This document shows, piece after piece, positions 27,126 through 34,814 of a DNA stretch of 44,333 nucleotides; positions within the stretch are counted from its first letter, which is position 1; each line of letters opens with the position of its first letter. The notes under the pieces are model-generated. The model was not told the DNA's origin. It saw nothing but the letters and a program-made list of their open reading frames with translations, and did not search any database. The stretch covers positions 1 through 44,333 of the forward strand of contig JBBSYY010000013.1 of NCBI GenBank assembly GCA_038044985.1. Reading direction: 5' to 3'. The translations under genes and the position numbers were made by a program. The DNA is from Nanobdellota archaeon. Its GTDB lineage: Archaea; Nanobdellota; Nanobdellia; Pacearchaeales; GW2011-AR1.

Positions 27126-27304
27126 TTTTTATTTTATACAAATTTGTAAATTGCTTTTGCTCGCCTTTAGGTAGGATATCTCTTTGGCATCACAAAACCA
27201 GCAAACAAAAAACATTTTTTATCCAATTTTAATTTTGTAAAATGCTTTTTGTTTGACAAACCCACACATTTAGGTGTGGGTTAAAACCGAAGGTTTTATG
27301 ATAT
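27117..27304. repeat. Nested-hairpin repeat mosaic (locus 9): module V + half module IV + expanded module I
   Basis: AAAAGCAATTT/AAATTGCTTTT. CCTTTAGGTAGGATATCTCT, which is one half of module IV. ATCACAAAACC(27189-)/GGTTTTATGAT(-27303) encloses a 17-bp stem (CAAACAAAAAACATTTT/AAAATGCTTTTTGTTTG) and ACAAA+CCCACACA-TTTA-GGTGTGGG. Confidence 0.85.
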
Positions 27305-27399
27305 TTTAAAGTGCTTAATACATATGGACCAGATACTGCTTCAGCATGTAATCTATATCCAACCTTTTCATCATATATCTCTTTGAATTTTAGTTTCAT
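27229..27399 (-). pseudogene. 56-codon ORF: 31 native-looking codons that run into the repeat arm
   Basis: Hand translation: MKLKFKEIYDEKVGYRLHAEAVSGPYVLSTLKYHKTFGFNPHLNVWVCQTKSILQN*. From KYHKTFGF onward the codons are repeat-element sequence. The N-terminus resembles the first strands of HicB-like proteins. Confidence 0.35.
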
Positions 27400-27461
27400 T
27401 ATCTAATTTATTAATCTTTTCAAATTAAGCCTCTCTTAAAATCCTTTTTTTCAGAATAATG

Positions 27462-28463
27462 TTATTTTTTAATTAACTCTTTTCCGCCAAGAAGTTTATC
27501 AATATCTTCATGTTCTCTTTTTTTTAGAGCTTCTAATCTTTTTTTATTTTCTTCTATTATTCTCATCCTTTCTTGTGCCGATTTTCGTTTTTCTAAAAGC
27601 TCTTGTTTTTTCTTTTCTTCCAGTCTTAATCTCTCTTTTTCACGCATGGCAAGGATAATTCTTTTTCTTTCTTCAATTTTTCTTTGTTCTTCAATCTGCT
27701 CTGATTTGGTTGCTTCGACTCTTTTTTTATGAAGTTTTTGCAAATATCCTATAGTTACTTTATTTGGATCAAATTTATCTATCTCAAAATCATCTACTTC
27801 GCCCTGAATAGTTTCTGTTTCTGAAGTTTCTTTTTCAGTTTCTTCAACAGGTTCTTCTATAAAAACCATTTCCTCTTCTTCTGGTATTATATCGATTCTG
27901 TTTCCCTTGACATCTAACAAAATTGGTTCTTTTGGCCTTTCTCGTGTTTCATAGTATGGAGCTTTTCTTAGTCTAACCCTAAGAAATTGTTCTAATTTAT
28001 TTATTAAAGGTTCTGCATTTGCAGGGAGCTTTCCATTTTCTATCATCTGAACAGCTGTTTCTGATTCTCCTATTGCTCGAGCAAGCTGTTGTTGAGTAAA
28101 TCCTTTTCTTCTCCTATTTTTCATGATCTCCCAATGAAAATATTCGATTAAGTTTAAATTCTTTTTTTCAGGCAGTTCTAATAAAGGATTAATTTCTAGT
28201 TCCTTTAATCTATCTTGCCTTAAAACAAGATCTCTTTTTTCTAGTTTTTTTAAAGATGTTACTCCAGAAAGTCTTTGCATTCTTTCGTAAATTCCTTCAA
28301 CTTCTGATTCTTTTAGCTGATTTGCCTTAGGTTTTTTAATTATTGTTATATTTTCTATTATAGCACATCTTTCGCAAAATTTAGCTATTCTTCCATCGGG
28401 AATAGCATCTAAAATCCTGACTTCATTTTCGCTTACGCCGCATCTCTCACAAATTTCTATCAT
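27462..28463 (-). CDS. MBF1-like protein: zinc ribbon, Cro/C1-type HTH and a long Glu/Lys-rich tail
   Basis: CERCG...CERCA ribbon. HTH KGFTQQQLARAIGESETAVQMIENGKL. C-terminal 150 aa of charged low-complexity coiled coil. Confidence 0.6.
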   Translation of the reverse strand: MIEICERCGVSENEVRILDAIPDGRIAKFCERCAIIENITIIKKPKANQLKESEVEGIYERMQRLSGVTSLKKLEKRDLVLRQDRLKELEINPLLELPEKKNLNLIEYFHWEIMKNRRRKGFTQQQLARAIGESETAVQMIENGKLPANAEPLINKLEQFLRVRLRKAPYYETRERPKEPILLDVKGNRIDIIPEEEEMVFIEEPVEETEKETSETETIQGEVDDFEIDKFDPNKVTIGYLQKLHKKRVEATKSEQIEEQRKIEERKRIILAMREKERLRLEEKKKQELLEKRKSAQERMRIIEENKKRLEALKKREHEDIDKLLGGKELIKK

Positions 28464-28694
28464 GTTACTTTTAATATAAGAGCTATTTTAAAAGGTTTAT
28501 CTTACTTAAGTATATAGGTCAGATTTATTGTTATTAGTTTTTGGAAATATATTTTTTATTCAAGTTCCTATAGATAAAAAAGATGCCCGAAGATTAATTC
28601 TAGGAGATTTTGATCAAGTTAGTATGTTTACGTAAATAGTTCTATATTATAACTTAAGAGATTTTTAGTTAGCATATTTTTTAATTTTTTATCA

Positions 28695-29357
28695 CTAAAA
28701 ATATCTCAATAACTCATCAATAGTCTGTATTTCTGTTATTTTTGTTTTTCTATCAATTAAAATAATAGGAAGTTCATTCTCATTAATATTATATTTTTCA
28801 AGTATTATTTTTACAGCAGAAATTTCATTATCCCCTGCTATTGGAATTAATAAAATTTCCTTTCCTTTAATTTTCTTTAGTTCATTTAAAAGTTTTGAGA
28901 AAACATTTTGCTTTGCTTTTATATCATAACTGGCATCATTAAGCACATAAAAATAAACTACTTCATAATAAGAATTAGAGCATTTTTCTTTTATTTTTAT
29001 TGAATTAATAAGTAACATTGTTCTTAAAAGATCATATTTTTTATGTTGAATAGCTAAATTTTTTTCAGTAAGTCTATTAGCTTTTTTATATCTATAAAGA
29101 ATTTTTGCTTCTTCAAAAATTTTATCTGCAAATTCTATATTTTCTTTTACAGCCTTATCACAATTAAAATTTCCTATAGAATAAATTTCAGTTTGCAGTT
29201 TAACATCTAATAAATCTAATTCTGATTTTTCATATAGGTTACTAATTTTATTAGTCCTCCAATTTTCTAAAATAACCCCAATAAAAACTCCTATTCCAAA
29301 AATTAAAATAGTTACTAGTAACGCCTGCCAAAATACGTGTTTTTGTGAATCTAGCAT
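28695..29357 (-). CDS. hypothetical membrane-anchored protein (220 aa)
   Basis: Single N-terminal TM (FWQALLVTILIFGIGVFIGVIL). No motif recognised. Confidence 0.5.
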   Translation of the reverse strand: MLDSQKHVFWQALLVTILIFGIGVFIGVILENWRTNKISNLYEKSELDLLDVKLQTEIYSIGNFNCDKAVKENIEFADKIFEEAKILYRYKKANRLTEKNLAIQHKKYDLLRTMLLINSIKIKEKCSNSYYEVVYFYVLNDASYDIKAKQNVFSKLLNELKKIKGKEILLIPIAGDNEISAVKIILEKYNINENELPIILIDRKTKITEIQTIDELLRYF

Positions 29358-29595
29358 TTTCAGTTTTTTAATTTAGCGAATATTCAGTTAATAAATTAGT
29401 AATTTATTTTAATTTGTTAAATCTTATTATCAGGTTAATTATAACTCGCTTTACATGACAAATGGCTATCTTTATTAATTTGTATTTAATTATTAATATT
29501 AGTTTATAATTATATTGGTAATGTGATCAAATCAATAAATAGAGGTTTAATTGCCCTTATTACTAACTAAATTAACTACAGATCATCTATTAAAA

Positions 29596-30825
29596 TTACC
29601 TCCAAATCCTTTTTCTTTTTGCAAAATGCCACAATGAGTTTATCATTATAAATGGATAAAGTATAAGGTAGAATATTAAATAAAAGGGGATATTAAATAG
29701 GTTTTCTTTTTTCTTTATTTTTTCATTTAAAATTGATAAGGTAAATAATACAAACAATAAACCAAAAAGAAATAAAACAATTCCTAAATAATTTAAGATG
29801 CTTGGGGTTATATAAAATTCTTCTAAAGTTATTAAAGGAGTGTCAGCTATTATAGAATATTTTGTCAATAAATAATTGGAAATAATCCTAGTTGTTAATA
29901 AATAAAAAAAAATACTTAATCCTATCACTCCTAAAAACAAATTTATTATGAAAAAGGGTATTATAAAAGCTCCTAACATACCTTTTTTTCCTATAACCCT
30001 CTTATATTTTTTGATGCATTGCAATCCTCCTACATTCCATCGTCTTCTTTGCTTCCACCAAAGATTTATTTTATTCGGAACCTGGCTCGTAACACTAGCA
30101 CCTAAACTCATTTTTCTCTTCCAACCATTATGAGCCAGATGCCAGGTAGCCTCAATATCTTCTGTCAAATTATCATTATCAAATCCATTAATATCTTCTA
30201 AAGCTTTTTTTCTGTATAAAGCCAATGGCCCAGGAGTAACATAAATAGCATCGACATACTCTAATAGCTTTCGTCCAAATGAAATTGCGATATATTCAAT
30301 GGCTTGTAATTTTTCCCAAAATTTATTTTTGTTTCTTACTAAAACCGGACATGTTACAGCTCCTACATCTTCATCGTCAAAGAAGCCGACCATTTTTTTT
30401 AAAGAATCTTTTTGAGGGAAAGAATCAGCATCAACAACAGCTATTAGTTCCCCATTTGCCACTTTCCATCCTTTATTTAACCCTCCAGCTTTTCCAAGAT
30501 TTTTTTCATTATTAATCAATTTCAGATTAGAATATTTTTCTAATAGTTTTTCAACAATTTTCTTTGTATTATCTGTAGAGCAATCATTAATTACTATTAC
30601 CTCTTTAATATCATAATCAATATCAAAAATATGTTTTATAGTTTCTTTAACAGTAGATTCTTCATTATAAGCTGGGACAATGAAACTTACAGAGTAATTT
30701 TTTTTAGGTTTTGGATAATCAAAAAACCTGTTTTTATTTCTAAAATAAAGTATTAGAAAAAAACTTAGCATGTATAGCGAAATAAACATATATGCAAGAT
30801 AAACATAGGGTAGGAATTCTGTCAT
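29596..30825 (-). CDS. family 2 glycosyltransferase, membrane-integrated processive type
   Basis: VPAYNEE, DCSTDNT, VDADS (DxD), TEDIE and QRRRW (the Q.xRW motif of processive beta-glycan synthases). TM helices flank the catalytic domain. Confidence 0.85.
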   Translation of the reverse strand: MTEFLPYVYLAYMFISLYMLSFFLILYFRNKNRFFDYPKPKKNYSVSFIVPAYNEESTVKETIKHIFDIDYDIKEVIVINDCSTDNTKKIVEKLLEKYSNLKLINNEKNLGKAGGLNKGWKVANGELIAVVDADSFPQKDSLKKMVGFFDDEDVGAVTCPVLVRNKNKFWEKLQAIEYIAISFGRKLLEYVDAIYVTPGPLALYRKKALEDINGFDNDNLTEDIEATWHLAHNGWKRKMSLGASVTSQVPNKINLWWKQRRRWNVGGLQCIKKYKRVIGKKGMLGAFIIPFFIINLFLGVIGLSIFFYLLTTRIISNYLLTKYSIIADTPLITLEEFYITPSILNYLGIVLFLFGLLFVLFTLSILNEKIKKKENLFNIPFYLIFYLILYPFIMINSLWHFAKRKRIWR

Positions 30826-30924
30826 TTTATTGCCTCTCTGATTTTTTATTTTAATCCTTTATTAAGATATAGATATTTATTTATCAGCCTCTTTTTTTTC
30901 ATCCTGGTTTTTTTCTGAACTTGA

Positions 30925-31527
30925 TTATAGTTCAACACCATCTTGATTATTTTCTTTTTCTTGTAAGTCTGAAAATTCTTCACTTTGTTCAGAATTATCT
31001 GGACCATTCAAAACATTATCCTTAATGTTTTGAAGGTGAAAATAATCAAAAAAATCCTCACTTAGAGCAAGTTCTTTCGTATGCCCAAGTTTTTTTGCTT
31101 TAACTAACCCAATACCAATAAAATTTTTTATATGATCATAAGATTTATTGCCCCTTATTTTTACAACAACAGATTGTTTAACCGGCTGTTTATAAGCTAT
31201 GACTGCCAATGTTTCTTGCTCTGCTTTTGTAAACTCTGAAGTTCCTGTCGCAAGTTTGTTAATCATATGAACGTATTCTGGTTTAACGTCCATTTTCCAC
31301 ATATTTTCTTTAGAAATAATCTGAATTGCAGAATCTTCTTTGTTATATCTTTCAATTAGCTTTTCAATTAATTCTCTTGTCATTAAAGGATTAATGTCTG
31401 TAAGTAAAACTAGTTCTTGTAAATTTAAAAATCTTGCAGATAAAAACAAAGCTGCCTCTATCTTCTTTAAATTATCAATCTCTTTTGATTCTTCCAGCTC
31501 TCTTACTGTTTCTGAGGTAATTGTCAT
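30925..31527 (-). CDS. scpB: segregation and condensation protein B
   Basis: IEAALFLSARFLNLQEL and LAVIAYKQPVKQSVVVKIRG, two winged-helix repeats typical of ScpB. Confidence 0.78.
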   Translation of the reverse strand: MTITSETVRELEESKEIDNLKKIEAALFLSARFLNLQELVLLTDINPLMTRELIEKLIERYNKEDSAIQIISKENMWKMDVKPEYVHMINKLATGTSEFTKAEQETLAVIAYKQPVKQSVVVKIRGNKSYDHIKNFIGIGLVKAKKLGHTKELALSEDFFDYFHLQNIKDNVLNGPDNSEQSEEFSDLQEKENNQDGVEL

Positions 31528-31701
31528 AAAAGAAATAATGATAAAGAGGATTTAAAGTTTCCTAATTTATATTGTAAATAAACAGTATAACAGATCTGAT
31601 TATAACTCAAGCAAGAAACTATGGGTTTTAAGTTATAGACTAATTGTGGCAATAAACAAACTAGACAAATTAACTATAAATAAAGAATTAATAATTAATA
31701 A

Positions 31702-31826
31702 AATCAAAAAGTCCTTGAGTATTACCACACCTTAAAAGGCGTGGTTTGTTTTAGGATTTTTGGATGCTCAGAAATTCGAAACACATCCTAAAGGATGTGG
31801 TTTTAAACTGTTGAGAATTTCTGAGA
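31702..31826. repeat. Nested-hairpin composite element E1 (modules II + III)
   Basis: CAAAAAGTCC..GGATTTTTGG encloses CCACACCT-TAAA-AGGCGTGG+TTTGTTTTA. TCAGAAATTC..GAATTTCTGA encloses ACACATCC-TAAA-GGATGTGG. Near-identical to 43516-43640. Confidence 0.9.
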
Positions 31827-31890
31827 TAAGAAAATTATGTATTTTAGTGAGTGGGATAAATCCCTTTGTTATTTAAAGATCTAAAAAAGT

Positions 31891-32775
31891 TTAATTCATT
31901 ATTGTTAATGATTCTTTAGTTTTCTTGTTTTTTTCAGAAAGGTTTGGGATTTTTAATTTAGAGTAATCACTTATAACTTCATCACTATCTTGTTTTATAG
32001 AGTATTTTAAATTTTCAGAGTAAAATATTGGTTTCCCCATAGACTTTGCACCTCTTATAGCGTCCTTGACCCCATTCGATTCATTAACTAAAAAAGGCAT
32101 TAATCCATCACAGCCATATACGACCAAATTATTTCTAAAAGAATAACAATCTTCTCTATATTTTTCATTTATAGGCTTTAGGAATTCATTTTGATCAAAA
32201 CAGGAAGCATCAAATATAATCTCTGGGAAATTTTTATTAATATAAACTATTTGTTTTGCAATTGCTTCCATTTGTGAAGTATGTATTCTAGAACTTAAAG
32301 AACTATTCATAAAATGTTTTAAGTAATCACTTCTATTAATTGGCAGAGCTATTTTTAAGTATTGTTTTGGGTTCTCCTGTTCTCTTAATACTATTTCTGT
32401 TGCAATATAGTCAACTCCTAGTGCCCCCCCAGTTAAAATTCCAAAGCCATTAGATGTAATATATCTTACAATTTCTGTTACGTCATCTACAACTCTTTGA
32501 TTGATTGTTCTCCATGAGCCAGTTATTCCAACCCAATGATTAATTGGTATATAGTATTCCCACCAACCAATAAAATTTTCAAGTGTTTGAGCAGCACCAT
32601 ATAAAAAAAATTTATCAATCTGTTTGGCAGTATCTTCTTTAAGAAATTCTTCATCATCTTTTGGGGGCTCTCTCTGTTTTCTATGCAATCTTCCCATTAT
32701 ACATGATTCTAAAAAATCATCAAGGTTTTCCCATAAATTAGTCTCTTTTCCTATGTCTTCTATTACACTTGCCAT
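31891..32775 (-). CDS. SLOG/DprA-like Rossmann-fold protein with a distinct N-terminal acidic motif
   Basis: GITGSWRT...NGFGILTGGALGVDYIATEIVL resembles the DprA/Smf-LOG (SLOG) glycine-rich nucleotide-binding signature. The N-terminus carries NLWENLDDFLES. Confidence 0.45.
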   Translation of the reverse strand: MASVIEDIGKETNLWENLDDFLESCIMGRLHRKQREPPKDDEEFLKEDTAKQIDKFFLYGAAQTLENFIGWWEYYIPINHWVGITGSWRTINQRVVDDVTEIVRYITSNGFGILTGGALGVDYIATEIVLREQENPKQYLKIALPINRSDYLKHFMNSSLSSRIHTSQMEAIAKQIVYINKNFPEIIFDASCFDQNEFLKPINEKYREDCYSFRNNLVVYGCDGLMPFLVNESNGVKDAIRGAKSMGKPIFYSENLKYSIKQDSDEVISDYSKLKIPNLSEKNKKTKESLTIMN

Positions 32776-32950
32776 ATTAAAATAAGTATTACTACTATTT
32801 AAAAACTTTTCCTTTTAATCCGAAAGTGATATTTTACAGTATACTAAGAAGTTAAAAAAATATGCAGACGCTTAATTTTTCGGTTAATTTAAGTTAATTT
32901 TAGAGCGTTAGTAATGTCTCTTACTAAGTTTTCACATTATAATTAAGAAG

Positions 32951-34054
32951 TTAATATATTTTAAATCTTAATATAGCTCCAATGCCGCTCAAGTTAAAAA
33001 ACTGCAATCCTTCTTCAGTATCTGTTGAAACTAATTCTATTTTAGCAGAGGTTTTTTCAGCTTTTTTTTCAAGCTCTTTAATTTCAGGTTTCTTCAGTTT
33101 TTTAGATAGAAATAATGTGTCTACTGCTCCGACATCAAGAGCTTTTTCAACATTTTTTCTGCCATAGTTTGCTTTATCAGGCTCTTTTCCCAACATATTG
33201 AAAAATTTTTCTAAGATTTTTTTTTCACGAGTAATTTCTTGGTCTGCTAAAACATCCTGTGAACATTCTATTAATAATTCTAAACCATGTTCATCAGCAT
33301 AACCTATATCTTTAACAGCCAAAACTTTTTCTTGTAAAATAGTTACTAAGTTCCCATCTTTTAAAAAATCCTCTTTTGTTGGACCTGGACCACCAACCAA
33401 AATACCTTTTAATCCTTTTAAGTCAAAAAATTCTTTTTTCGCTGTATCTGCAATTTTTCTAAAGAATTCCTTAGCAAGCCCTTCTCTTATTCTTGCATAG
33501 CGTGCAGCGGATTGTCCTCCCTTATTAGTTTTTCCTGGAATATAACTTTCAAGTTTACGAAGCACTTTTATTTTTTTCCCTATTAACAATCCAAGCGTTG
33601 CTTCATTTCTTTCTACAACAATCAATCCATAGACTTCTTTAACTTCTAGTATTTCTTCTAATGGATCTAAAACAAAAGTCTGATCACATCTGTAAAGCCT
33701 TGCATTAAGCTCTTCTGGAGGTTCAAAAGCTTCTGCAATAAATTCATTTTGACCTTCAACCCTAGAAATATTTCCAGCAAATAAAGCCACCCCATTTTTT
33801 GAAGTATGTTTCATACTTTTTGTTATTCTAATCAACGATTCTAACGCTTCCTGAACATTTTTTCTTGTTGCTGTTGATTTTATATTAGCGGCAGTTGATT
33901 TTTCTGATTCTAATTGACGAGTTATCAAGTTAATATCAAATCCTTTTGGAACTAAAACAGTGATAAGTTCTGTATGTCTCGCTTTATAAGACTTCATTCT
34001 TTCAATAAACTCTTCAAGTTCTAATTTCTGTTTTTCGTCCATTTTGTTAATCAA
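32951..34054 (-). CDS. prf1: peptide chain release factor aRF1
   Basis: NIKS motif (AANIKSTATRK) and GGQ motif (KGGQSAARYARIR) in the canonical order. Confidence 0.92.
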   Translation of the reverse strand: MINKMDEKQKLELEEFIERMKSYKARHTELITVLVPKGFDINLITRQLESEKSTAANIKSTATRKNVQEALESLIRITKSMKHTSKNGVALFAGNISRVEGQNEFIAEAFEPPEELNARLYRCDQTFVLDPLEEILEVKEVYGLIVVERNEATLGLLIGKKIKVLRKLESYIPGKTNKGGQSAARYARIREGLAKEFFRKIADTAKKEFFDLKGLKGILVGGPGPTKEDFLKDGNLVTILQEKVLAVKDIGYADEHGLELLIECSQDVLADQEITREKKILEKFFNMLGKEPDKANYGRKNVEKALDVGAVDTLFLSKKLKKPEIKELEKKAEKTSAKIELVSTDTEEGLQFFNLSGIGAILRFKIY

Positions 34055-34097
34055 TATATTATAGTAAATAAATCTTTTTAAATACTTTTAATTAGTA

Positions 34098-34400
34098 TTG
34101 TTGATGGAAGAAGGATATTCATTTAATTTGGATAATCGATATAGAACATTACATTCTAGAAACGCTTTGAGTCAAATGGAGGCATTATTAAAAGAACAGA
34201 ATTTAATGGGTTATATAGATGGTTATTTAATCGCTAAAGGCTTGTTTTTAGTCTCTAAAGAAGATGAAGATAAAAAATTTTATGATACATTGTACCAGAT
34301 TCATGAAGAAGAAAAGAATAAAAATTTAAGCCTGCCGGATCTAAAAGCTTTATCAAGAGAATATATTAATTCTTATTTAAAAGAAAAAATTCAAAAATAG
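34098..34400 (+). CDS. hypothetical protein (about 98-100 aa)
   Basis: Stop-free ORF. The ATG at 34104 is more likely than the TTG at 34098. No motif recognised. Confidence 0.4.
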   Translation: MLMEEGYSFNLDNRYRTLHSRNALSQMEALLKEQNLMGYIDGYLIAKGLFLVSKEDEDKKFYDTLYQIHEEEKNKNLSLPDLKALSREYINSYLKEKIQK

Positions 34401-34408
34401 GATTGTTA

Positions 34409-34507
34409 AGATTAAAGGAACAAATTTATAATGCTGATGAATATATTAATAAATTAGTTTATAATCTCTACGGAATCACAGAAAAAGAAATTATTGAAAA
34501 GTGTTGA
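34409..34507 (+). pseudogene. C-terminal relic of a restriction-modification (type I/IIG methyltransferase-like) gene
   Basis: Hand translation: RLKEQIYNADEYINKLVYNLYGITEKEIIEKC*. LVY.LYG[LI]T..EI is the familiar C-terminal tail of many RM methyltransferase/endonuclease fusions. It has no start codon, and a stop lies immediately upstream. Confidence 0.5.
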
Positions 34508-34814
34508 ATGGAAAATAAACCGAGGTAACAAATTGCAATATCTTTATTTACTGGAGCAATTATTGCGTCATTTATTCTTGTTTGAGATTTAGGAGAAACT
34601 TTCTTTGATAAGATATTGATTCTTTTAATCTTGGGTTTACTTATTATTATATCCTTAAAAGTTATATTAGACCCCTCAACTGATTTACATTTTGTGGGAG
34701 ATATATTAAAGAAAATTTTGAAAATAAATAGCGATTGTTGAAAGTTCTTAATTCTTTTTCTTTCTCGCTTTCTGTAAAAAAAGTCAGTCAAAAAGGCGAC
34801 TTAATTTACAAAGC

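Noticed and set aside
27117-27304. I asked whether the element inside the broken HicB-like gene is a bulge-helix-bulge intron spliced from the mRNA.
   Set aside because: I could not find the 3-nt bulge / 4-bp helix / 3-nt bulge geometry at the borders. The flanking fragments are in different frames, with in-element stops. The same modules occur intergenically elsewhere.
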